Source: the human T2T-CHM13v2.0 reference genome, Homo sapiens. Taken from it: a DNA stretch of 64,000 bases. The stretch lies in assembly GCF_009914755.1 (NCBI RefSeq), contig NC_060928.1. One strand, written 5' to 3'. Shown piece by piece: positions 14,661-27,550 of the stretch. The notes under the pieces are model-generated. The model was not told the DNA's origin. It saw only the letters and a program-made list of their open reading frames with translations, and did not search any database. The position numbers and the translations under genes were made by a program. The stretch's first letter is position 1. Each line of letters opens with the position of its first letter.

Positions 14661-15129
14661 ATAGACTGAGAAAGAGAATCAAGTTCAGGCCCTTTGAAAA
14701 CATGGCCTTTTACCACTTCATGTGTGACCTTGAGCATTGCCTCTGAAACAACAGTCCCCAGTAGCCAATGTGACTTTAAATTCTGCCCTTTGCAATCTGT
14801 TCTGCTCTGAAATCTTCAGTGGCCCCCAGTTTCCTAGCAAATCAAAAATACTTTCTCATTTTCAAGCCCCCTGAAACCAGCCTCCCTGGCTTTTTCTACG
14901 CTGCATTTCTGGTGATCACAGCTCTAGTTAGTTTTCCATTCTGTGAGCATAACATGTGTGTCTTGGTGTCCTCACACAGGCTCTCAGGCCTCACAGGTAG
15001 TACTCACTAAACTTGTGGAATAAATCTGGAATTTCAAGGCTCAGTTGTGGCCCACTTTAATTGTTGTAGGCCTCACCGACATCCTCTTTCTGAATACTTG
15101 AATGTGATCATTCCTACCCTTTCTGAGGG

Positions 15130-15570
15130 CCTGCTTCAATGCCAGGCAGTATGCTAGCAGTTACGTAAGAAGCTGCTGTTCCAACTCATTTTGCATATTA
15201 ATTCCTTTACTCCTCACAACCCTGAGAGGTAAATATTACTAGCTCTATTTTGTAGGTGAGGAAACTGAGCTATGGAGAGGTTAAGTAACATGCCTAAGGT
15301 CACACAGCTAGTAAAGCAGGCAGAGCCAGGATTTGACCTCAGAGAATGTGGCTTCAGAGCTCATACTCTTGACTGATTGCTACCGAGCTTTTTAACCGCA
15401 TATATTTTCAACGCTCACAATAACTTTGGGAGGTAAGTCATAGGATCACCATTTTGCAGTTGAGGAAATAGTCTGAAGCAGTAAATAATGAGCTTAAAGT
15501 CGCAAGCAATAGTGACTTAGCTGAGATTCAAATTCAGATAATGCTTACTGAAGAGACTGCATTCTTTCTT
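15130..15570. mobile_element. Two MIR elements
   Basis: MIR core gaggaaactgag...aggttaagtaacatgcctaaggtcacacagcta and a second degenerate copy. Confidence 0.7.
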
Positions 15571-15880
15571 CTACTATTTGTCCTTTTTGACTTCTTAATT
15601 AAAATGCAAACTTTGAAGATAAAAACTGTCATCTTACATATTTTCTCAGTAATCTTACAGTGCGTATCACAGTGCTGAGCAAAATGGTGCTTGATGCATG
15701 GGACTAATCTTAAGCATATTTTACTGTATTATAAATTATTGTAAAGTTAATGATTCTTGGATGATGTGAATGTTGACACTACTAAAATGAAATATTCCAT
15801 TCTTCTGGTTGGTAATGTTGTTTTACTGTATCTAAAAAATCTGCATACTCGTGTTTTGAAGTCTTTACTCTGTTTTTCAG

Positions 15881-18800
15881 GTACTATGAAGCATTTCCAC
15901 CACTTTCTGAGAAACCAGTTTGCCTGCAAGAAATCATGACTGTGTGGAACAAGTCTAAAGTCTGTTCTTACTCTAGCTCTTCTTCATCATCCACAGCCCC
16001 ACCAGCTAGCACAGATACTTCCTCTCCTAAGGACTGCAACAGTGAAAGTGAAGTCACCAAGGAAAGAAGCAGTGAAGTACCCACCACTGTGCATGAGAAA
16101 ACCCAGAGCAAAAGCAAAAACGAGAAGGAAAACAAATTTAGTAATGGCACAATTGAAGAAAAGCCTGCTTTGTACAAAAAGCAAATCCGACATAAACCTG
16201 AAGGAAAGATTCGCCCTCGCTCGTGGTCTTCTGGCTCCAGTGAAGCAGGCTCAAGTTCCAGTGGGAATCAGGGAGAATTAAAAGCATCCATGAAGTATGT
16301 TAAAGTAAGACACAAGGCACGAGAGATTCGAAACAAAAAAGGGCGGAATGGGCAAAGCAGGCTTTCTTTGAAGCACGGTGAAAAGGCTGAAAGGAACATT
16401 CATACTGGAAGTAGTAGCAGTAGCAGCAGTGGTTCTGTCAAACAGCTGTGCAAGCGGGGTAAGAGACCTTTAAAAGAAATAGGGAGAAAAGATCCTGGGA
16501 GCACTGAAGGAAAAGACCTGTACATGGAGAATAGAAAGGACACAGAGTATAAAGAGGAGCCCTTGTGGTACACCGAGCCAATTGCTGAATATTTTGTTCC
16601 TCTGAGCAGAAAAAGTAAACTAGAGACCACATACCGAAACAGACAGGATACAAGTGATCTGACATCAGAGGCAGTGGAAGAATTGTCTGAATCAGTGCAT
16701 GGTCTTTGTATCAGCAACAATAATCTTCATAAAACATACCTCGCAGCAGGTACTTTCATTGATGGTCATTTTGTAGAAATGCCTGCAGTTATAAATGAGG
16801 ATATTGACCTCACTGGGACCTCATTATGTTCTCTACCAGAGGACAATAAATACCTGGATGATATTCATCTATCAGAATTAACGCACTTCTATGAAGTGGA
16901 TATTGATCAATCCATGTTGGATCCTGGTGCCTCAGAAACAATGCAAGGAGAAAGTCGGATTTTGAATATGATTCGACAGAAAAGCAAAGAGAACACAGAT
17001 TTTGAGGCAGAATGTTGCATAGTGTTAGATGGTATGGAGTTGCAAGGGGAACGTGCAATATGGACAGATTCTACCAGCTCCGTAGGTGCTGAGGGCTTAT
17101 TCCTGCAGGACCTTGGCAATCTGGCTCAGTTTTGGGAGTGCTGTTCATCCAGCTCCGGTGATGCTGATGGGGAGAGTTTTGGAGGAGACTCTCCAGTTAG
17201 ACTCTCTCCCATCTTAGACAGCACAGTGCTCAATTCACACCTGCTTGCTGGCAATCAAGAGCTCTTTTCAGATATTAATGAAGGATCTGGTATAAACTCT
17301 TGTTTTTCAGTGTTTGAAGTGCAATGCAGTAATTCTGTTTTACCATTTTCTTTTGAAACACTCAACTTGGGAAATGAAAATACAGATTCTAGTGCTAATA
17401 TGCTTGGGAAAACACAGTCTAGATTGCTAATATGGACCAAAAATAGTGCCTTTGAAGAAAATGAACACTGTTCTAATCTTTCAACAAGAACTTGTAGTCC
17501 ATGGTCCCATTCAGAAGAAACACGTTCAGACAATGAAACATTAAATATTCAGTTTGAAGAATCCACACAGTTTAATGCCGAAGATATTAATTATGTAGTT
17601 CCTAGAGTCTCGTCAAATTATGTAGATGAAGAACTTCTAGATTTTTTGCAAGATGAAACTTGCCAGCAAAACAGTAGAACTTTAGGTGAGATTCCTACAT
17701 TAGTTTTCAAAAAAACATCTAAACTAGAATCCGTCTGTGGTATTCAGCTAGAACAAAAAACAGAAAACAAAAATTTTGAAACTACACAAGTATGTAATGA
17801 AAGTCCACATGGAGATGGCTACAGCTCAGGGGTTATTAAAGACATTTGGACAAAGATGGCAGACACAAATTCTGTGGCTACAGTAGAAATAGAAAGAACT
17901 GATGCTGAGTTGTTTTCGGCAGATGTAAATAACTACTGCTGCTGTCTAGATGCTGAAGCTGAACTGGAGACCCTTCAGGAGCCTGATAAGGCTGTGCGGA
18001 GGTCAGAGTACCATCTGTGGGAGGGACAGAAAGAGAGCCTGGAGAAAAGAGCATTTGCTTCTAGTGAGCTATCAAACGTGGATGGTGGTGATTATACAAC
18101 ACCCTCTAAACCCTGGGATGTAGCCCAAGATAAAGAAAACACATTCATTCTTGGAGGAGTTTATGGAGAACTCAAAACCTTCAATAGTGATGGGGAGTGG
18201 GCAGTCGTACCACCTAGTCACACAAAAGGAAGTCTGTTACAGTGTGCAGCTTCTGATGTTGTGACGATAGCTGGTACAGATGTCTTTATGACCCCAGGAA
18301 ACAGTTTTGCTCCTGGGCACAGGCAGTTATGGAAACCCTTCGTGTCATTTGAACAGAATGATCAGCCGAAGAGTGGGGAAAATGGGTTAAATAAGGGATT
18401 TTCTTTTATCTTCCATGAAGACTTACTAGGAGCTTGTGGCAACTTTCAAGTCGAAGATCCTGGACTTGAATACTCATTTTCTTCCTTTGACTTAAGCAAT
18501 CCATTTTCACAAGTTCTTCATGTAGAATGCTCATTTGAACCTGAAGGGATTGCATCTTTCAGCCCCAGTTTTAAACCGAAATCAATCCTCTGTTCTGATT
18601 CAGACAGTGAAGTGTTTCACCCCAGGATATGTGGTGTTGACAGAACACAATACAGGGCTATTCGGATCTCTCCTCGGACTCACTTTCGCCCAATTTCTGC
18701 ATCCGAACTGTCCCCAGGAGGAGGAAGCGAGTCAGAATTTGAATCTGAGAAAGATGAAGCAAATATTCCCATTCCTTCTCAAGTTGATATATTTGAAGAT

Positions 18801-19163
18801 CCGCAGGCAGATCTCAAACCTTTGGAAGAAGATGCAGAGAAAGAAGGCCATTACTATGGAAAATCAGAGCTTGAGTCTGGAAAATTCCTTCCCAGGTTAA
18901 AAAAATCTGGGATGGAAAAGAGTGCTCAGACATCACTGGATTCCCAGGAGGAATCAACTGGGATTCTTTCAGTAGGAAAGCAAAATCAGTGTTTGGAATG
19001 TAGCATGAATGAATCCCTGGAAATAGATTTAGAAAGCTCAGAAGCAAATTGTAAAATAATGGCACAATGCGAGGAAGAAATTAATAATTTTTGTGGTTGC
19101 AAAGCAGGTTGTCAGTTTCCTGCTTATGAAGATAATCCAGTTTCTTCGGGACAGCTGGAAGAG
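15881..19163 (+). CDS. KIAA0232: KIAA0232 giant internal exon (3283 nt, ~1094 codons; Ser/Glu-rich, basic N-part, DUF4603-type by recollection)
   Basis: 1088-aa ORF in the track (15936-19202). Acceptor ctctgtttttcag|G at 15880 and donor GAG|gtatgt at 19164. Starts YYEAFPPLSEKPVCLQEIMTVWNK. Confidence 0.96.
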
Positions 19164-19436
19164 GTATGTGTCTGCGTGTTGGTATTTGACAAAAGGATTT
19201 GATCAGAGTTTAACCCAAGAACAGACATGCCAGTCAATGAAAGATAGGGTTAAATTATTGGGAAATTAGCTTAAATGTCTTAAAACTTAAATTGTTCTAA
19301 TTTTACATGTAAGGACTTAAAATGGATTTGATATTTATGAATTTGAACTAGACAGTAGAGTTTTTCTGGAGAGAAAAAGCTTTTAAAAATCACAGGATGT
19401 AAGATTCCTATGTGTTGTCTTAAGATGCATGTTATT

Positions 19437-19739
19437 GGCCGGGTGCAGTGGCTCACGCCTGTAATCCCAGCACTTTGGGAGGCCGAAGTGGGTAGATCAT
19501 TTGAGGTCAGGAGTTCAAGACCAGCTTGGCCAACATGGTGAGACCCCGTCTCTACTAAAAATACAAAAATTACCCAGGCGTGGTGGCAGGCACCTGTAAT
19601 CCCAGCTCCTTGGGAGGCTGAGGCAGGAGAATCACTTGAACCCGAGAGGCAAAGGTTGCAGTGAGCCGAGATCGTGTTCTGTACTCCAGCCTGGGTGACA
19701 GGGTGAGACTCCATCTCAAAAAAAAAAAAAAAAAAAAAA
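19437..19739 (+). mobile_element. AluSx
   Basis: Full Alu with A22 tail. Confidence 0.92.
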
Positions 19740-20244
19740 TACATGTATTATGCTTAAAGCAAAAACCTAACATGAAAGTGTTCTAACATTCAAAGTTGAT
19801 GAATCAGGAAGTGGCTGCTATTAAAGTGTAGCAAACCTGTCTAACTGACTCTTAGAAGTTGATCACTTTATCAAAACTTGTGTTTTACATATAAAACAAA
19901 TTATATCTCTATGGAGTTCTCAAAAATACATTGTGGTACATGTAGAAATTCACCCACAGCCCAAATGCAACAAAATTTCTTCTACAGAACCTATACAGAT
20001 GTATCTTGCTTTATACAAAGTACATATTCCAGAAGCTGTGTGGATTATATGTTAAGGCTATGGAATGAGGATCACATTAAGTTGTGTTAATGAGAGTCAT
20101 TGTACCTCTCCACTGTATGCCCAAGAAATGGCTTAAGGTTAAACTGATTGTACAAGAAATAACACTTAAGACAATAAACTGTTTCACAAAAAAAGCACAG
20201 CAGTCTGCCCATTTTTCCACTGTTTTCGATATGTGAGTGCCTAG

Positions 20245-20611
<367 letters not shown>

Positions 20612-23600
20612 TAGAAGCCATGCCACCTGTGGCCAGAGAGCAGATGAGTGTTGCACTTCCTCCCAACTGTCCTGCACACCCTACCCACCATTGCACATCC
20701 AAATCCTACCCATACCATGAGACTTATTTCATATACCACCTCCTTCACTGACACTTTCCCTAATTCCCTCTCTCCCCTGCTCCAGCCCCACTCTGCATCA
20801 GAATTAATTTTGCCCCTCTCTTAATTTTCATGCACTTTATGCCTCTTTTTGATTGCATTTTTCATTTCTCATGAGTTATTTATATCCTGGACTATAAGCT
20901 CCTTGTGGCTGTGGACCATGCCTTACTTATTTGTCGCATCAGAGTGCCCAGGTGTGGGACTGCTTGCCTGTGATTCTAGGAAGCCCCCAGGCGACTTGAG
21001 AGGCACTGCTCTAATCAGCTACCTAGAGACCCGTAGAGGATGAATTTAATCCCATTGAAACACTGCTAAGAAAAAACCCAATAATATTGTTAGCCTTTAT
21101 CTGTTTGTTTATTGCCCCATTTTTCATCCTTAAATATTCCTTTATGTACTTTGTATTTCACCTGGTTCCAGATTGGGAAGAAAGAAAAAGAGGAAAGAAG
21201 CAAGATTCTACATCATACCACTACCATATTCCTTCGCTTTCTAGTATGTTGATGTATTTATGTGTTATCAGAATTCCGGGTTTCCTTGAAAGGTCTTAGC
21301 TGCCAAAAAAATTCCCAGAGGACATTTTGGGATTGTCTGATAGTTTAGATGTTGTCAGCACTGCTCTCTCGGCAGCATTGTTATACTTTAGAAGCCAGGT
21401 TGAAGCTTACTTCATAGATTCATCTGAGATGTGCAGGAGGCTGAGTGACCTGAAGGGACAGTTTGGGGCCAGCCTGGGACTAGAACCTGTATCTTTCTGT
21501 TCTGTCACATTGCTTGGTCAGTCTGAAAGGTGCTTTTAAGAGGATGTGCTTCCGGCCCTTTTCCTGAGTCAGTACAGTCTTTTCAGGAAGCAATCTGGGA
21601 GGCCTGTTTAAAGATCAGTAGAACCCCATCTGTTTCAGACTTAGATGATGAAAATGTAGGATTTCCGATAGAACTGGTGTCTAAGAGCATGAAAATAATA
21701 TGATTATTTTCAAAAGTTTAGTTCAATTCAGCAAACATTTAGTGAGTACCTGTTTACATGCCTGTTGCTAAAGTAGGTGTCCTGGATGAATAAGACTTTG
21801 TCCTTGCCCATACAGAATTCAGCGTAGTGAAGATGACCAACTTGTACCATGTTACTTATTTTAACTGAAATAGGTAATTTATTCATATGGTTCAAATTCA
21901 GAAGTTACAAGTGTATGTGTACATACACAGTGAAAGGTTTCCTCCCCAGCGGCAACCACTAGTGTGAGTTCTGATGTATTCTCCAAGGATATTTTTTGCG
22001 CGTATTAACAAGTAAATGTTCACATGTATTTCTTCCTATTTTTTCTTTTTGCTGAAATGGTACTTTATTGTAATCACCCTTCCTTTTTTTATTTTCTGCA
22101 CACTATTCCATCGTATGGATATACCGTAATCTACCTAGTCAGTTCTTTATGTTTTAGGGCATTTGACCAATGCAGTTTTAGGTGCTGTAGGTAGAATGGT
22201 GGAGGGGAGCACAGAATGCTGTGGGAACCTGCAGGAGAACCCTTCCAGCCTGTGAAGGTTGAGGAAGGTTTCTTGAGCATATCTGAGTGTCCAGAGTAGA
22301 AGGACGGAGGCAGGGCAGTCCAGGCAGAAGGAACAGCAGAAGCAAGGGTAAAGAGATTTGAATCTGCTGATGTGTGCAGGGCAGCTGTGAACAGGGATCT
22401 CACGGTCTCTGGAGTATAAGCCATACGGTTAAGAGTAGCACAGATGAAGCACAGTGTGCCTTGGTATCTGGACATACATTTGTGGTGAAAATGTTCTTGT
22501 CGTTTCTTTGGTTGCCAACTTAGTACCAAGCACCTTGAGGCACAGAAAATAAGCAAAAGGCTTACTTGCTGTCTTCAGGGAATTTCAGTCCACTCAGGAG
22601 AGGAGCTCACTGTGCTGTGGAGGTCAGCAGGTCTGGAGGGACAGGAAGGCTCTGATGAGTAAAGAAGGAGTGAGGGTCAGGGGTCATGCTGGTGATGTGC
22701 CACCCGGCACATCTATGTAGAGGCTTCTGTCACCACTATCCTACTGGATGCCCATGTAGACCTCATGCGGTAGGTTATTTTCCCCACTTCTAAAGACACA
22801 TAGGCTCTGAGAGGTGAGACAGCTGCCCCAGATCCCAGTGTGGGGGACAGGCAAAGCATTTTCCACCACTCTGCACCTCTGTGAACTGAGGAAGACTTAG
22901 ACCAGCAGTTCTGTGTCTCTTGTTTGTCTCTGTTGCACTCAGTATCTCTTCATTGATGTTTCATTTCTTCCTTCCCAGAGAACAAGGTACATGGAAGTCT
23001 TGCTTTTCCTGGTGTGACCCAAATGAGAGCTGATTGTGGCAAAGGGGCAAGATTCCCAGAGTAAAACTAAAACCAAGCACCTTTCTCTTTACCCAAACTA
23101 GGAGTATTCTGTGAGAATTTACAGCTGTGAAGCCTTTGTTTCCTTCACCCAGCTTCCACCTTCTAAAGAATTTCTCAATTTTACATCTGTTGCTAAAAAC
23201 ATTTCTGGTTAGGCTTTTTGGATTAAGTTTATGTCTTCTTTTCACTGTTTCATTCATTCATCAAGTATTTCTTATGTACCTGCTCGGCCAGGTACTATTC
23301 TTGGTGCTGGGAATAAGTAACAAAGCTCTTGGTGCTGGTGGAGTCACATCCCACCTTGGGGAGCTGACAATAAACATGTTAAGTTATATAGTGTGTTACA
23401 ATATAAATGCTGTTGGAAAGGAGGATCGCTGGACGAGGGGCATTGGGTTTGGGAGTGATGGCAGGAGTTTGCTGTGTTATGGGCGGTGTGAGAGCAGGCT
23501 TCCTCGCCAAGGTGCAATTTAAGGAAATACTTAGAGGTAAGAGAGTGAGCTGAGAGGATGCCTGGCAGGAAAGGGAGGGCAGCACTGAGGCCGCTGCTGT

Positions 23601-25500
23601 GCCTGCCTGTCCATGACAGCGACCTTCTGATCCGCTTTCAGCTTCCTCCATTGTCTCTTCATTCTTTTCATTCCCAGCCACAGCAGAAGTTGAATTAATA
23701 CATTCGATGATGTATTAGATGAATATAGCATGATCCAGCCTAAAAGTTATAAATGAGTGGAGAGATGTCATAACAAGATGCATATTCCTTGAATATGTTT
23801 AGTATAAAACGGGACAAATAAGTCCCTGCCATAGGAATTGACATTCAAATGGAGGATGCAGAAAAAAGACTCCCAAATTTATGGTAGAAACTGGTGTGCC
23901 CTTCACAGTGGTTTCAGCAAGAGAGAGAAGAAATGATGTATGAGATAGTCAGAGACTGTTGGCCTGGCGGAAACTTTTCTTCACGTCAGCAGACACTGAG
24001 TATCTGCTTTGTGCGGGGCCCCATACTTGGGAATGCAAAGATGAGGAAGACGTGGTCCCGCCCCTCAGGAAGCTTACAGTCGGGTTCTGCTGGGATCTAA
24101 ACTCGTCTTGGTTCATGCTGCCCCTGCTCCCAGGTTCCTGGCCCCTCTAGCCTGCTTTCCCTGACCTGTCCCATCCCCCACCATGAACTCACTCCCTTTC
24201 TTGATCTTAATCCTCAAGAAAGGATGAAAAGATAAGCAGTGTATTTAAACTGATCATTCCTGCAAAGAGCTTTTTCTTTCTCAAATAAGAACCTGTTAAC
24301 CTCTAAATCCACTTATCTTCAATAGCGCCTTAGGGAGGTGATGGAGAGAGTTCTGGCTGGGGCACCTTCCTTGCTCCCCCTGAGTAGCACTAAGTAATCT
24401 CACAGGACAGGCAAGGCCTTTCTGAAGAGGTCTTAGAGTGCAGGGAATTGCATGACAGGTGCTGTTAGCCACCTTGGAAGAACTGCAGGCCTTGCGTGGT
24501 GCCACCTTGTTTGCGGGAAGCCCAGCCCTGTCCATTCCCCTGGCCCTAGCATCTGTTTATCTAATAGCAGTACCAATTTTTATTGTTAGGATAAGTTGTA
24601 GGAGAAATTAGCAAAGGTTAACTGACTGCTGTGGGTAGACAGTACAATTCTTCTTCAGTTTCTGACTTAGGAGTGTTTCCGAAAAGTTAAGTGAAAACAA
24701 AAGTTTGAAGTGTTTCCCTTTTAGTTACATAACAGACACTCATTACGGAATTGAACAGTTTTAGACCCATAAATAATTAAGTTAAAAGCATAACAAAATC
24801 CTGTTAGGAAACTGATGAAAAATTTGTTTCTAAAACACTTTAGATTTTAAACTTGAACACGTAGTGAAATGTCTTTTAAAACAATGAAGATGGGTGCAGT
24901 GTTCACAGGCCTCTCCACTAAGCAGATGTCTACTGAGAACACAGTATTAGGGGATGTGGGTGGTAGAAAGATGCAGTGGCCAAGCCTCACCCTGGGCGAG
25001 CTGGGGCAGGCTCACTCTCTCAGGCACAGTGAGGAAGGCACACTGAAGGGGGTTGCCCTGACTGCCAGCATGCCAGGTATACATGGTGACTGAAGCTGCC
25101 ACAGGTCTTCTATTGACCACACTACAAGGACTCTTCTTGGTCACTGATGACAGCTGTTGTCTGTCTGCCATTGGCCACACTATCCAGTTCTCACTGGCCA
25201 AGCAGGTGGGCGGGGCCCAGCCAGGACTTGAGAATCCCACTGGGAAAGGACAGAGCCTGGGTTCAGGCTAGGTCCCTCTTCTGGGCCTGGGCAGCTTCCA
25301 GATGTGAAGGATATGAGTCTCTCCCGCTCTCAGGAATCATTCTCTCATCTCATTTGGATGGCTATCTCCTATTTTAAATTTGAATCATGGAATTTGAATT
25401 TGTAATTTGGTTTTAGCCTTAGTTTCCTTCTGGTTCGCACCTAAGCAAGATAATTTTAAGACACTTAGGTCAATAACTGTGCCTATAAGAATTTCCTTTG

Positions 25501-25798
25501 GGCCAGGCATGGTGGCTCACGCCTGTAATCCCAGCACTTTGGGAGGCCAAGGCGGGCAGATCACCTGAGGTCACAAGTTCGAGACCAGCCTGGCCAACGT
25601 GGCAAAACCCTGTCTCTACTAAAAATACAAAAATTAGCCGGGGTGGTGGTACATGCCTGTAGTCCCAGCTACTCAGGAAGCTAAGGCACGAGAATCATTT
25701 GAACACTGGAGGCAGAAGTTGCAGTGAGCTGAGATCGTGCCACTGCACTCCAGCCTGGGTGACAGAGTGAGACTCTGTCTTGGAAAAAAAAAAAAAAG
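25501..25798 (+). mobile_element. AluSx/Sz
   Basis: Full Alu. Confidence 0.92.
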
Positions 25799-26114
25799 GA
25801 AGTTTCTTTGATTCCATTTCTTCTTTTACTTACTTCTGCCTGAATGTATGAGGGAGAAGAGGGTTCCCCCTGTTCTCTTCAGAGCACCTCATGCCAGTAA
25901 AGGCTCAGGGCTTCCCCATTACCTGTATGCACTTGGGGAATCTAGAAGTTTGCCTTGCTTGGGAGCGTTTTTATTACATTATATTTTGGGCTTGTAAGAG
26001 TTTTTTTAGTTAAGATTTTCATGTCGCTTCCCATCTAAGTACTTCTTAAGCAATACTTTCTTTATACACTGTGAACACGCTGGCTTTTAAAATGCACTTT
26101 TTTTCAGAACATTA

Positions 26115-26440
<326 letters not shown>

Positions 26441-26553
26441 CCTCACCAGTTTAAAAGTTCTGGGTTTATAATCTGTAGTTAATAATGCTTGAATATTCTT
26501 CCTCTAACCTGAAAGTTTATAAACTTTTTCTGTATTTGGTTTAATCTAAACAG

Positions 26554-26662
26554 TTCCCTGTATTGAACACTGATATACAAGGAATGAATAGAAGTCAAGA
26601 AAAACAGACCTGGTGGGAAAAAGCCTTGTACTCTCCTCTTTTTCCTGCATCAGAGTGTGAAG
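26554..26662 (+). CDS. KIAA0232: KIAA0232 coding exon (109 nt, FPVLNTDIQGMNRSQEKQTWWEKALYSPLFPASECE)
   Basis: aaacag|TTC acceptor and AAG|gtaagg donor; phase 0 to 1, open frame. Confidence 0.92.
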
Positions 26663-26679
26663 GTAAGGAGACCTTTGTT

Positions 26680-27550
26680 AGTTCATTTATTCATTGCAAT
26701 TTGTAATTTGTTAAGAGCAATAATTTCTTTTTCTATGAATATCAGTCCAAGAAACATTTACCAAGAGGTTTCTGTGTGGGTAGCACTTTGTCATGCACTG
26801 GGGACACAGGGAGGAATGAGAACTGGGCCCTGCTCTGAAACAGCCACAATCTGATGGAGGGGAAAGGCATGGAAATATATCCAAGCGTTACTGACCATGG
26901 ATGAGGTGTGTATAAGCCACCACTGAGTCACAGAGGAGGAAACAGCGGGCAGTCCCTGTGAAGAGAGTTGCCTGCACAGAGGCAGGAGGGTCGCCGCCAG
27001 GGGAAAGCACAGGGCTCCATGGCTCAGCTGAGTTGTAGCTGACGCGGGAGAGACAGACAGGGCAGGAGCCTGTCAGAAGGTTTGAGGGCTTGGCTAGGTT
27101 AGGTAGCGTCTGACATGCAGGAAGGGAATGCCGTTGACAGGATTTAAATTGGAGGTTGTCAAGGTCAGATGTTGTTTAGAACAATTCTAGTAACAGAGTG
27201 GAAATGGAATTGAAAAACTGAAGGCTATTGGCCAGGGTTTTAAGCCCTTGCAGTAGTTTGGGAGGCATACGCTAAAGGTCTGGACTGAGGCAATCAAAGC
27301 GGGGACAGAGAAAAGGAAACAGGACCGAGAGGTTTTGTAGAGGAGGAGTTTGTTGGATTACTTTCTATGAGGAGTAGTTATGGGAGTCTAGGTAGAGAGG
27401 GAGACAGGAGTGGGCGCTGATGCGGTGAGGAAGATTTTAGTTTAGGGTATTTTTTGAATGAGCAGTCTGTGAGGCCTTCCAGGTAGACACCCAGAAGTTG
27501 TTAAGAAACCCTGAATTGAAATTTTGGGAGAAGTAGGAACTAAGGATGCA
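26680..27550 (-). mobile_element. L2 fragment
   Basis: Reverse L2 3' end (ttcatttattcatt...acattta...ctggggacaca) followed by purine-rich L2 body. Confidence 0.6.

Noticed and set aside
19164-19202. Read-through tail VCVCVLVFDKRI* of the 1088-aa ORF as a true C-terminus
   Set aside because: It lies past a canonical donor with an in-frame downstream exon chain, and no clear poly(A) signal was seen nearby.
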